From positions 3,085 through 67,084 of the forward strand of contig JARKNX010000109.1 in assembly GCA_029976025.1 (NCBI GenBank): DNA of 64,000 nucleotides. Reading direction: 5' to 3'. Below, piece by piece: positions 47,898 through 57,106 of the stretch. The stretch comes from Aggregatilineales bacterium. GTDB lineage: Bacteria > Chloroflexota > Anaerolineae > Aggregatilineales > Ch27. Position numbers and translations under genes: made by a program. Under the pieces are notes generated by a model. The model was not told the origin of the DNA, did no database searches, and worked only from the letters and a program-made list of their open reading frames with translations. Position 1 is the first letter of the stretch; each line of letters opens with the position of its first letter.

Positions 47898-48473
47898 TCA
47901 GTCTGGCTGACCGGAGGATTCGTCAACGAAAATGGGCAGATGTCCCAGCGCGATCACGTCGGTCCAGCGGGCGCGGTCGCCTTCGGTGAAGATAGCCGCC
48001 TGGGCCACCACTTCCGCGCCAACCTTGTCCATCAGCACGCGCATCCCCTGCAGGGTGCTGCCGGTGCTGATCACGTCATCCACCAGCGCTACCCGCCGCC
48101 CGTGCAGCAGATCGCGATCCTTCGCATCCAGGTAGAGCTTTTGCGGCACGCCGGTTGTGATGCTGACGGTGTGCGCTTCCAGCGCGTCGCCCATATAGGG
48201 CTTGTAGGCTTTGCGCAGCACAACGTAGGGCAGGCCGGTCTCCAGCGCCAGCTCATAAGCCAGCGGGATGCTCTTGGCCTCCGCCGTCACCAGCACATCG
48301 GGCGTCTTGGTCATGATCCGGGGGGCAAGCTGGGCGGAGACGGCCTTGACCAGCTCCGTGTCGCCCAGGATGTTGATGATGGCGATGCGCACACCGGGGG
48401 CGACCTGAAACAGGTGCAGGTTACGTTTTAGCCCGGCAATTTCGACCGGATACACATCATTATCTGAGGACAT
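47898..48473 (-). CDS. Phosphoribosyltransferase family protein (purine PRT-like)
   Basis: PRPP-binding motif VALVDDVISTGST; 191 aa. Confidence 0.75.
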   Translation of the reverse strand: MSSDNDVYPVEIAGLKRNLHLFQVAPGVRIAIINILGDTELVKAVSAQLAPRIMTKTPDVLVTAEAKSIPLAYELALETGLPYVVLRKAYKPYMGDALEAHTVSITTGVPQKLYLDAKDRDLLHGRRVALVDDVISTGSTLQGMRVLMDKVGAEVVAQAAIFTEGDRARWTDVIALGHLPIFVDESSGQPD

Positions 48474-48773
48474 AATTCCTCCTTAGATCAGAGCGGCTGT
48501 GTCACAAGCGCGCGATCATACCGCACAGGCGGGTCTAAGTAAAACGGCATGTGCAGCGCGGAGAAGGGTTAGAATGTGGGGGTGCGCGTGATCGCCGGCC
48601 GCACGTCCGATCTGTTTTTTCTGGTGCCTTTGGTCCGCTTGCGCGTGAATTCAGGATCACATGCCAGTGAGTCAATCAGATCGTGCGCCATATACCAGCA
48701 CAACCCTGAGTTCGACCGGTGGCTGATAACCTGAAATATCTGTACATCTCAGCCGAGAAGAGGGCGACACATC

Positions 48774-49124
48774 ATGAGCGAGAGACAAAAGCCTGAAGGT
48801 CAGAGACGTTTTGAGGAGTATCGAGCCAGGCAGATGGCTGACCCGGAATTTCGTGCCGTCTATGAAGCGGAAGCGTCGAAAAAGGACCTCTGGCTGCAAC
48901 TGGTTGAGGCGCGGCGGGCCGCTGGTCTGACTCAGAAACAGATGGCTGAACGGCTCGGGATATCCCAGGCGCAGGTGGCACGAATTGAGAAACGAGGCTA
49001 TGACGCCTACACGCTCAATACCCTGCGCCGCTACATCATGGCGCTGGGGGAGGGATTCTCGCTGGAAGTCACCATTCATATCCCGGAGCGGGGTACGCTT
49101 GTTCCGACAGCCCCTGGCCCCTGA
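48774..49124 (+). CDS. XRE-family HTH protein (HigA-like antitoxin architecture)
   Basis: LTQKQMAERLGISQAQVARIE HTH, preceded by an N-terminal FEEYRARQMADPEFRAVYE segment typical of antitoxins. Local GC is lower. Confidence 0.7.
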   Translation: MSERQKPEGQRRFEEYRARQMADPEFRAVYEAEASKKDLWLQLVEARRAAGLTQKQMAERLGISQAQVARIEKRGYDAYTLNTLRRYIMALGEGFSLEVTIHIPERGTLVPTAPGP

Positions 49125-49299
49125 GCATTGTATTCCTCTTAAGTGAATATCGGCGATCTTGTGATTCAGGCGCCGGAAATATTACGGTTGCAAGTCGTTT
49201 CAGACTCCCGCCTGCTGTATGATCTGACAGGGAGCTTAAGCCCCCTGTCTTGAGTTATCACGCCCGGCCTGTTTTTCCTCTACTGCCTGCTACCCGCGT

Positions 49300-50832
49300 T
49301 TACGGCACCCACTGGTTAGCCATGCTGTAAAGGGTGTTGAACGTCACCTGGTAATTGGCGTAGGTGCTGACATCGACGATGTACACCTCGTAGTTGCTGC
49401 CGCCCCGGTTGGAGCTGTAGACCAGGAAGCGCCCGTCTGGCGACCAGCGCGGACGCACATCGTTCCCCGGCGAATCGACGATCAGCAGCGCCATTCCTCC
49501 GCCAGCAGCCACTATGTAGATGTTGTTATTCTCAGGGTTGGCCGGCGAATGGGCCTGGAAAGCGACAAGCTGACCGTCCGGCGAGAGGTCCGGGTTGCCC
49601 TCGATCATGGCGTTGCCATCGGTGGTCAGGGCTGTGATCTGGCCGGTGGTGGTGATAATCTTGATATCCACGCCGCCGCCGGTGGCTGTGCTGTCTTCCA
49701 CAAAGAGCAGGCGGGATGAATCGCCCCAGGAGGGCGCCGTGTTGCTGGCCCTGCCGTTGGTCAGCCGCTGCAAAGCCTGGGCGGCCGTTGTCTCGCCGTC
49801 CGCGCCATCCGGCTGGGGCGGGGAGGTCAGCGCCTGGAGGGGGATGACGTAGATATCGCTGTTGACGCTGCCCGGCTCGCGAGCGGAGAACGCCAGCACG
49901 GTGTTGTCCGGGGAGAAGCTGCCGTCATCCTGCTTTTGCAGAATACGCCCGCCCAGCAGGGTGGAAAGGAGCTGGGCGGAGCGGGAGCCGTCCGTCCAGG
50001 CCAGCTCCAGGCCCTGCTCGCCCGTGCCGGCGGAGTAGCGGGTGTAGACCATCATATCGCCCAGCGGCGAGAGATTAGGGTTGGCTGCCCGCTCATTGAA
50101 GAACTGGCGCGGCGGCAGGCCGTCCAGCGGAATCTCCACCAGCGGCACGAAGCCCGTGCCGGTCGTGTCATTGCCTTCCGCCACCAGCAGCTTGCCCTGG
50201 AACATGCCCGACCCGATGGCGGTTGCCAGCGGCGTCGCCGTCGCCAGGATCGATGACGTGGCCGAAGGCGGCGGCGTCCAGCTTGGCGGCAGAGTCGCGC
50301 CGAGGGGCGTCGGCGTGAAATCGGCCAGGATGGCCGCCTGGGTCGCGGCGGCAGCGGCGGTAGCGGCTTCCTGCTCGCGGGCGTCGATGGTCGCCTGCAG
50401 AGCGGCGGCGGTCGAAGCCTGTTCCTGCGCGATGCGGTTGTTGTTGGAGATAATCACGGCGAGGGCGGCGCAGATCAGGACGACCAGAATAGCCAGCCCG
50501 GCCCCGCCATAGATCACCACCCGCCGGCTGACGCCGGGGATGACCTCTTCATCCAGGGCGGATTTGGCGGCTTTCTTCTGGCGGGTTTCCAGCGAAGTCA
50601 GGATGGACTGGGCGCGTTCGTTGGCCGGGTTGATCGCCAGCACATTGTTCAAATAGATGATGCGTGTTTCGTCTTCCTCCGCCAGCGAAGCCAGCCAGAA
50701 CCACGCCTTTTCATTCTTGTCGTCCCGTTCGACGATTTCCTCAAAAAGGGTGCGGGCGCGGTCTTTGTCGCCCTCGCGGGCGGCGGTAATAGCGTCACGC
50801 ATGAGTTGGGCGATAGGTATCTCTTGGCTCAA
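49300..50832 (-). CDS. Membrane protein: N-terminal TPR-like module, TM helix, Pro/Thr/Ala linker, TolB-like PD40 beta-propeller
   Basis: N-terminus ...GDKDRARTLFEEIVERDDKNEKAWFWLA...INPANERA; TM GGAGLAILVVLICAALAVII; C-terminal repeats of the SPDG..L.F type. Confidence 0.75.
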   Translation of the reverse strand: MSQEIPIAQLMRDAITAAREGDKDRARTLFEEIVERDDKNEKAWFWLASLAEEDETRIIYLNNVLAINPANERAQSILTSLETRQKKAAKSALDEEVIPGVSRRVVIYGGAGLAILVVLICAALAVIISNNNRIAQEQASTAAALQATIDAREQEAATAAAAATQAAILADFTPTPLGATLPPSWTPPPSATSSILATATPLATAIGSGMFQGKLLVAEGNDTTGTGFVPLVEIPLDGLPPRQFFNERAANPNLSPLGDMMVYTRYSAGTGEQGLELAWTDGSRSAQLLSTLLGGRILQKQDDGSFSPDNTVLAFSAREPGSVNSDIYVIPLQALTSPPQPDGADGETTAAQALQRLTNGRASNTAPSWGDSSRLLFVEDSTATGGGVDIKIITTTGQITALTTDGNAMIEGNPDLSPDGQLVAFQAHSPANPENNNIYIVAAGGGMALLIVDSPGNDVRPRWSPDGRFLVYSSNRGGSNYEVYIVDVSTYANYQVTFNTLYSMANQWVP

Positions 50833-50904
50833 GGCGCAACCCTCCAGTGACAGGTCAGTAAACTCACAAACGGCACAGACGCCGGAATAACCACCACCGT
50901 AACA

Positions 50905-52644
50905 CTACCTGCGGGCCTGATCCGGCCCGGCCAGCCAGGCTGGCTCAATAGCCTCCCCCGGGCCGCGCGTCACCTGAACCAGGCGCGTGCCAAACGGCTC
51001 GATCAGGAAAATCTGGAAGCTCTCGGTCTCCCGGGTGGAGGAGAACGCGATCCAGCGGCCATCGGGCGACCAGGCCGGGTTGCGATCTTCAGCGCCGCCG
51101 TCGTTGCGGGTCAGGAGTTGTTCATTGGTGCCGTCGGCGTTCATGATGTACAGGTCGCTGTCGCCGCCGCGGTCGGAGACAAAGACGATATGCCGGCCGT
51201 CGGGCGACCAGGCCGGCTGGTAGCTGCTGCCCGCCGAATCGGTGAGCTGCCGCAGGTTCCCCGCGTCCGGCTGGATGCTGAAGATCTCGGTCTCGCCGGG
51301 CGTGCCCCGGTCGGAGGCGAAGACGATCGTCCGACCGTCGGGCGACCAGGCCGGGTCGCGGTCTATGGTCCGCTCGCTGCTGGTCAGGTTGACGATGCTG
51401 CTGCCGTCAACGTCGGTCAGGTAGATATCCTCTTCATTCCACGCCCCGACGCTGAAGGCGAAGCGGAAGCCATCCGGCGACCAGGAGGGCGAGTCCACGT
51501 ATGCCGCGGCCAGATGGGTGATCGGCGTCGGGTTGAGGCCAGCCCCGGCGGGGGCGGAAGCCTCCGGCAGGGTGATCAGGGCCACTTCACGCTCATCCCC
51601 TATGTTGGTTGCATACAGCACCCGCCGGCCGTCGGGGCCGGGGGCGGGGCTTCGGTCATCGCCCGATCCGTCGGTCAGCGCTGTCCGGCCTGAGCCGTCG
51701 CCGCGGATGGTGAACAGGCGGTATTCCGCTTCATCATCGCCGCGCCCGCTGTAGATCAGGCTGTATTCGCCCGGCGGCAGGCCGGTGGGCGAAGGGGTGA
51801 AGGTGGGCGTGGCCGTCGGCGTATGGGATGGCGTCCATGTGGGCGGGTAGATGAAGCGCTCGTTCTGATCGGCGGTGACGATCAGCACCGGGTTGGCGGT
51901 AGGCGTCGCCGTGGCCAGCAGGGCCAGGGCCGTTTGCAGGCCAGGCGTGGGGGTCGCCGTCGGCGGCACCGGCTGCAGGAGCTGGCCCAGCCCCACGATG
52001 ACGAGGCCGGTCACCATCGTGCCGACGAGGACGATCAACAGGGTCGAAGCGATCACGCCGATGCGCCGCCACAGGCGCGCCCGCTGCTCCCGCCGGAAGT
52101 CGTAGTATTCGACCGGCTTTTCCGGCGCGGAGGGGGTGGTCGGGACCGCCGCCGGGGCGGGGCGAACTTCTGCCCGCTCCTGTTCCCGCCGGGCCATAGC
52201 CAGCAGCTCCTCAGTCAGGCGCGCCTCCCGCTCCTCTGGAGAAAGGATCGGCTCTGGCTCCGGCTCTGGCTCGACCGGGCGCTCGACGACGGCCTGAAAG
52301 GCGGCCTCAGAGATACCGGCTTCGGTCCCGGCGGCCTCGATGCCGATGCGGTCGGCCAGGGCCTGGGCCTGTTCCGCTTTGCGCCGGGCGCGCGGCCCGC
52401 CCAGTTTTTCCAGCGCGTCGCGCGCCTGCTCATTTTGCGGGTTGATCTCCAGCACGATCTCCAGCGCTTCGCGGCGCTGGGCATTGTTTTCGGCGGCGGC
52501 GGCCATCCACAGCCAGGCGACTTCGTTAAACTCGTCGGCCCGGATCACCTGCTCGAAGATGGCGCGCGCCTCAGCCGGGTGACCGGTGCGGGCCAGTTCG
52601 ATGCCCCGCTGGAGAAGATCGTGCAGTTCTGGCTGGCTGGTCAA
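50905..52644 (-). CDS. Paralogous membrane protein: TPR-like module, TM helix, linker, PD40 beta-propeller
   Basis: Same architecture as 49300-50832. N-terminus GHPAEARAIFEQVIRADEFNEVAWLWMA...INPQNEQA; repeated W/SPDGR..VF.SDR motifs. Confidence 0.75.
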   Translation of the reverse strand: MTSQPELHDLLQRGIELARTGHPAEARAIFEQVIRADEFNEVAWLWMAAAAENNAQRREALEIVLEINPQNEQARDALEKLGGPRARRKAEQAQALADRIGIEAAGTEAGISEAAFQAVVERPVEPEPEPEPILSPEEREARLTEELLAMARREQERAEVRPAPAAVPTTPSAPEKPVEYYDFRREQRARLWRRIGVIASTLLIVLVGTMVTGLVIVGLGQLLQPVPPTATPTPGLQTALALLATATPTANPVLIVTADQNERFIYPPTWTPSHTPTATPTFTPSPTGLPPGEYSLIYSGRGDDEAEYRLFTIRGDGSGRTALTDGSGDDRSPAPGPDGRRVLYATNIGDEREVALITLPEASAPAGAGLNPTPITHLAAAYVDSPSWSPDGFRFAFSVGAWNEEDIYLTDVDGSSIVNLTSSERTIDRDPAWSPDGRTIVFASDRGTPGETEIFSIQPDAGNLRQLTDSAGSSYQPAWSPDGRHIVFVSDRGGDSDLYIMNADGTNEQLLTRNDGGAEDRNPAWSPDGRWIAFSSTRETESFQIFLIEPFGTRLVQVTRGPGEAIEPAWLAGPDQARR

Positions 52645-52816
52645 GATTCGTTATCCTTCACCTGCTGCTGGCCCGGGCGTGATTCTGGGGTAAGCGCGCG
52701 TTGAATACGTCCGCGCCTCGCCGGTGCGCTCATGTCCTTCACCATGTTTATCTTAGACTCGATCAGCGGAGAATGCTATTGGCCCGGCAGTACGGGGTGG
52801 AGAAAAGTGAACAGCA

Positions 52817-52978
52817 AGCGGGCAGCCGGAAAGGCGGGCAGCAGAAAAAGCGGGGAGCGCGGAGACGCCCGGAAAGCAACCGGTTTTCCCCCTGGCATTC
52901 TCCGCGCTTTTGCAGTGAGCACTTTTCCCGCCCGCCTGTTCCCCGCCGCTGTTTTCCCCTATTCCCCGCTTTTCTCTG
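52817..52978. repeat. Intergenic repeat family B, second locus (long imperfect palindrome)
   Basis: AGCGGGCAGCCGGAAAGGCGGGCAGCAGAAAAAGCGGGGAGCGCGGAGA is followed by TCTCCGCGCTTTT...TTTTCCCGCCCGCCTG...CCCCGCTTTTCTCTG. Confidence 0.65.
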
Positions 52979-53603
52979 TATATTCCCACAGCGACCTGAG
53001 GATCAGGTAGGTCGAGACCGCACCCGGATCGGGGTGGCCCAGCGACCGCTCGCCGAGTGTCTTGGCCCGGCCCATCGACGCGACCATATCCTTTGTCGCT
53101 TCCATCCCCAGCCGGGCGGCCTCAGTTGCGGCGGCGAGCGCCTCATCCAGCGGAGCGGCGGCGGCCTGTTCCGCCGCTGCCGCCGCTGGCTCCAGCGCGT
53201 CCACCATGGTCTTGTCGCCGGGCTTCGTCTTGCCGCGCTCCTTGACCGCTGCCAGCCCATCGACCAGCCAGGCCGACAGGGCCGGCGAATCCAGAGTAGC
53301 GGCGCCGGCCAGATTCTTCGTGCCGCCGCGGAACCACGTCCCGAAGATGATGCCGGAGGCCCCGCCGACCGACGTGATCAGCGCCATGCCGGCGGCCTTG
53401 AACAATTCGTCCAGCGCGGCGAAGCTCCCGCCCTCCAGCTTCAGGCGCACAGCCTCAAAGCCGCGGGCCATGCCGATGCCGTGATCGCCGTCGCCGATGG
53501 CTTTATCGGCCTGGGTCAGCGTGTCGGTGTGGCCGATCATCTGTTCGCAGAGATAAAGCAGCATTTGCTGCGTTTCCTGCACAGTGAGGGATGACTTGCT
53601 CAT
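52959..53603 (-). CDS. dhaL: Dihydroxyacetone kinase subunit DhaL (DAK2 domain)
   Basis: AIGDGDHGIGMARGF motif (DAK2 nucleotide/Mg site). Start at ATG 53601-53603. Confidence 0.85.
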   Translation of the reverse strand: MSKSSLTVQETQQMLLYLCEQMIGHTDTLTQADKAIGDGDHGIGMARGFEAVRLKLEGGSFAALDELFKAAGMALITSVGGASGIIFGTWFRGGTKNLAGAATLDSPALSAWLVDGLAAVKERGKTKPGDKTMVDALEPAAAAAEQAAAAPLDEALAAATEAARLGMEATKDMVASMGRAKTLGERSLGHPDPGAVSTYLILRSLWEYTEKSGE

Positions 53604-53607
53604 AGGA

Positions 53608-54594
53608 TCACCACTTGGTCCAGCCGAACGACCGGATCGGCATATCGTAGTAGCGCTTAAGCTCGTCATCCACCCGCATCAGGCTGATGGAGAAGCCGGC
53701 CATCTCCTGGGTGGTGAAGAGCGACCCGACGACGCACTCGTGCACGGTGACGCCGTTTTCCGCCAGGACCTGAAGCACCCGCCGGTTGGCGATCAGCAGC
53801 TCCATGGCGGTGGTGGACCCCGCGCCGTTGATCAGGACGCACACTTCTTCGCCGCGCTGGAGCGGCATGTCGCGCAGGATGAACTCCATCATCCGGTCCA
53901 CCAGTGTGTCGGTGGAGACCATCTTCTCCCGCCAGACGCCCGCCTCGCCATGGACGCCCATGCCGATCTCGATTTCGTCATCGGCCAGCTCGAAGGTGAA
54001 CTCTCCCGTCTCGGGGATCGACCCGGCGTACAGGGCGACGGAGATGGAGCGGATATTTTCCAGCGCTCTGGAGGTCACGCGCACAACGTCGTCCAGCGTG
54101 TCGAGCGTGGCGGCGGCCCCCCCGGCGATCTTGACGGCGAGCATGGCCCCGGCGATGCCGCGCCGGTTTTCGACCGGCCCGCAGGCCACGTCATCGCGCA
54201 CCAGCAGCGTCCTGACCTCGATCCCTTCCTCGGCGGCCATGTCGAAGTTGAGGATGTCGCCGGCGTAGTTGCCATAGAGATACAGGACACCTTTGCCCCG
54301 GTGGATAGCCCTGGTCGCTTCCAGGATGATGTCCGGCGTCGGGGCGGCGAAGACGTTGCCCAGGGCAGCGCCGTCGGCCATGTTGTCTCCGACAAAGCCG
54401 TGGTAAGCCGGCTCATGCCCGCTGCCGCCGCCGATCAGGAGGGCGACCTTGCCGGCGGGGATATCGACGCGGGCCATGGCGTTCACGCCGTCGAGCTTCT
54501 TAACGCGCCCGTTGTAGGCGGCAACCAGGCCGTCGAGCATCTCCGGGACCACGTTCCGGGGATCATTGAAGATTTTCTTCGCTTTTCTCACCAT
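53608..54594 (-). CDS. dhaK: Dihydroxyacetone kinase subunit DhaK (DAK1 domain)
   Basis: KKIFNDP..VVPEMLDGL N-terminus, GGGSGHEP motif; 328 aa. Confidence 0.9.
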   Translation of the reverse strand: MVRKAKKIFNDPRNVVPEMLDGLVAAYNGRVKKLDGVNAMARVDIPAGKVALLIGGGSGHEPAYHGFVGDNMADGAALGNVFAAPTPDIILEATRAIHRGKGVLYLYGNYAGDILNFDMAAEEGIEVRTLLVRDDVACGPVENRRGIAGAMLAVKIAGGAAATLDTLDDVVRVTSRALENIRSISVALYAGSIPETGEFTFELADDEIEIGMGVHGEAGVWREKMVSTDTLVDRMMEFILRDMPLQRGEEVCVLINGAGSTTAMELLIANRRVLQVLAENGVTVHECVVGSLFTTQEMAGFSISLMRVDDELKRYYDMPIRSFGWTKW

Positions 54595-54704
54595 TCGCTC
54601 CCTTTGTGTGTGCCTGCTGCTGAACTGCCGGCTGACGCCGGCTACCCTCTATTGGACCGTCGGGGCGTCAGGAATGCAAAAGAAAAGACCGTATCGTCTT
54701 TCTT

Positions 54705-54749
54705 CCGCGATTCTGGCGTCCTGGCAGTTTCTGTTCTGGCGCTTTTGCC
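54705..54749 (-). repeat. Intergenic repeat family A-like copy in reverse orientation
   Basis: The reverse complement reads ggcaaaagcgccagaacagaaactgccaggacgccagaatcgcgg. It shares the CAGGA.C.CCAGAATCGC block with 4284-4303 and the GGCAAAA..GC block with 47765-47790. Confidence 0.45.
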
Positions 54750-54778
54750 CCGGGGATTGTATCCGGGGCGGGCGGGGT

Positions 54779-55159
54779 TTAGCCGCTGAGGATGACGGCA
54801 AAGAGCACGGCCAGGATCACGATCAGGATGAAGCCGCCGACGATCAGGACCCCGAAGATCAGCGTGCGATTGCTTTTGGCTTTTTCAGTATGGGCCATGC
54901 GCTGAAGCTCTTTGCGGGCGGCGGCGTTGTCCGGGTTGACCTTGAGCACCTTGACCAGGTAGCGGCGGCGGTCGGTCGGGTTGCGGGTCAGGTGGGCCAT
55001 CCACAGCAGGGCGCGCTCGTTGCGCGGGTCCTCTGAGAGCACCTTCTGCAACATCACCCGCGCCCCCTGGGGATTCTGCTTGGCGGTCTGAATCGCCAGC
55101 TGGATCAGCTCTTCACGGTTGAGACTTCCTGCTTCTCTGGCGGGAGGGACCTGAGTCAT
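54779..55159 (-). CDS. Small membrane protein: TPR-like module plus a C-terminal TM helix
   Basis: QNPQGARVMLQKVLSEDPRNERALLWMA...VNPDNAAARKEL, then LIFGVLIVGGFILIVILAVLFAVIL. Start at internal ATG 55157-55159; the track start at 55204 is TTG. Confidence 0.6.
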   Translation of the reverse strand: MTQVPPAREAGSLNREELIQLAIQTAKQNPQGARVMLQKVLSEDPRNERALLWMAHLTRNPTDRRRYLVKVLKVNPDNAAARKELQRMAHTEKAKSNRTLIFGVLIVGGFILIVILAVLFAVILSG

Positions 55160-55404
55160 GTGGCACGCCCTGTATGGCTGTTGTTCTTTACAAAATACAG
55201 ACAATCGCTAACCTGATTATACAGCCAGAGCGCATTTTGTGGGCAAGTGAGAAATAGGTCTCAAAAATCGCGCGCAAGGCGCTCCGCGTGAAAGTGAGCG
55301 ATTCGCGGTAAGAGGAGAACAGTAAGCGCCGGGGCGCGGTGGAATTCGCCCTCTTTGGATCGGTGCTGCGGGACTTCCGCTATGCGGCAGGATGGCGTTG
55401 CCGG

Positions 55405-56193
55405 TTACGCTCCGGCGCCCAACCCCGGCGCCAGGCGGACGGCGATCAGGGTGGCCAGGGCGGCGGCGATGATCGCGGCGGCCAGCCAGTCCCGCCCGGT
55501 CATATGCAGGACGCGGCGCTCGGTGCGCGGGCCGCTGCCCAGGCCGCGCACGGTCATGGCCATAGCCAGGTGGTCGCTCAGCCGCACCGACTGGATGACC
55601 AGCGCCGTCAGAATCGGGACGAACTGCCGGACCCGCCGGAAGATATTGCCGCGCTCCAGGTCCAGGCCGCGCGCTTCTTCGGCCTGCCTGATCGTGGTGT
55701 ACAGCCCGGCGGCGATGGGGATGTAGCGCAGGGCCAGCGTGATCGTCAGCCCGGCGGTGTAAGGCAGCCCCGCCTGCACCAGGCCGCGCACCAGATCGTC
55801 GTGGCGGGTGGTGAACAGCGGCATCAGGGCCAGCAGGGTCAGCACATTGGCCCGGATGGCGATAGCCAGCGCGGCGGTTGCGCCGCCGGTCGTCAGGCGC
55901 AGCGGGCCGAGCGCGAACAGCTCCCGCCCGCCGGGGACGAACCAGGGCTGGATCAGGAGGATGAGGATCGTCAGCGGCAGCACGCCGCGCAGCACCCAGC
56001 GGATGCGCTCCGCTGGCACGCTGCCCAGCCGCAGCACGGCGATCGCCAGCCCCAGGGCGGCCAGCAGCGCCAGCGGCGTGACCAGCAGGAAGGCGGCCGC
56101 CGTCCCCGCCGCCGTCCCCAGCAGCTTGACGCGCGGATCCAGCCGGTGCAGCCAGGAATCGGCGTGGGTGTAGACATCGACGTACACGCTCAT
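55405..56193 (-). CDS. ecfT: Energy-coupling factor transporter transmembrane subunit (EcfT/CbiQ family)
   Basis: N-terminus SWLHRLDPRVKLL; multi-TM; conserved ARG-containing coupling helices (EEARGLD, VRGLGSG). Confidence 0.8.
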   Translation of the reverse strand: MSVYVDVYTHADSWLHRLDPRVKLLGTAAGTAAAFLLVTPLALLAALGLAIAVLRLGSVPAERIRWVLRGVLPLTILILLIQPWFVPGGRELFALGPLRLTTGGATAALAIAIRANVLTLLALMPLFTTRHDDLVRGLVQAGLPYTAGLTITLALRYIPIAAGLYTTIRQAEEARGLDLERGNIFRRVRQFVPILTALVIQSVRLSDHLAMAMTVRGLGSGPRTERRVLHMTGRDWLAAAIIAAALATLIAVRLAPGLGAGA

Positions 56194-57026
56194 GGCCCGG
56201 GCGGCCTCCCCGGCGCGGCGTCGGCTTCAGTCAGCGCGGCCAGCACGTCGCGGATGCGCAGCGTCGGCCCCGGCAGGCCCAGGGCGCGCCCCAGGGCCAC
56301 GCTGAACGGCTCCGCCAGGCCGGCTTCGGCCAGCAGATCGGGCCGGGCGAAGACCTCCTCCGGCGGGCCGTCGGCCAACAGCTCTCCCCGGCGCATGACC
56401 AGCACGCGGGTCATCTTGGCCGCCAGCCGGAGCTGGTGCGTGACCATCACCGTCGTGCCGCCCGCCGCCTGATGCGCTTCCAGCCAGGCGATCACGCGCC
56501 GCCGCCACAGGCCGTCCAGCCCGACCAGCGGCTCATCCAGCGCCAGGATCGGCGTGTGCAGGGCGGCGATGCTGGCCAGCGCCACCAGCCGCCGGTAGCT
56601 GAAGCTCAACACGGCGGGCGGGTGCTGGGCCAGCGCCGTCAGGCCGAACTGCTCCAGCGTCTCGGCCACGCGAGCGTCCAGCGCCGCGCCGCGCAGGCCC
56701 AGATTGTGCGGCCCGAAGGCGATCTCGGCCCGGGTCGTGGCGCTGAAGAGCTGGTGTTCCGGCTTCTGAAAGGCGAACCCCACCTGGCGGGCCAGCGCCG
56801 CGATAGTGGCCGTCCGCGTATCTACGCCGTTGATCAGGACCCGCCCTTCCTCCGGATGCAGCAGGCCGATCAGGTGGCGCAGCAGCGTGGTCTTGCCGCT
56901 GCCGTTGACGCCGATCAGGGCCACCGACTGCCCGGCGGGGATGGACAGGTTGATATCCCGCAGGATAGGCGGGCCGTCGGGATAGGCGTAGTGGATGTGT
57001 TCTAACTGGATGGCCGGGACGGTCAC
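56190..57026 (-). CDS. ECF/cobalt-type ABC transporter ATP-binding protein
   Basis: Walker A GVNGSGKTT, Walker B ILALDEPLVGLD, H-loop VTHQL. Start is ambiguous: GTG at 57026 or TTG at 57077. Overlaps the ecfT start by 4 nt. Confidence 0.8.
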   Translation of the reverse strand: MTVPAIQLEHIHYAYPDGPPILRDINLSIPAGQSVALIGVNGSGKTTLLRHLIGLLHPEEGRVLINGVDTRTATIAALARQVGFAFQKPEHQLFSATTRAEIAFGPHNLGLRGAALDARVAETLEQFGLTALAQHPPAVLSFSYRRLVALASIAALHTPILALDEPLVGLDGLWRRRVIAWLEAHQAAGGTTVMVTHQLRLAAKMTRVLVMRRGELLADGPPEEVFARPDLLAEAGLAEPFSVALGRALGLPGPTLRIRDVLAALTEADAAPGRPPGP

Positions 57027-57106
57027 GGGCGGTTTGCTCGCTGGCAAAAACCGGTACAGGGTCCCAGTGTACCGCAAACGCCCCGGTTTGCGCCTGATGC
57101 TTTCCG

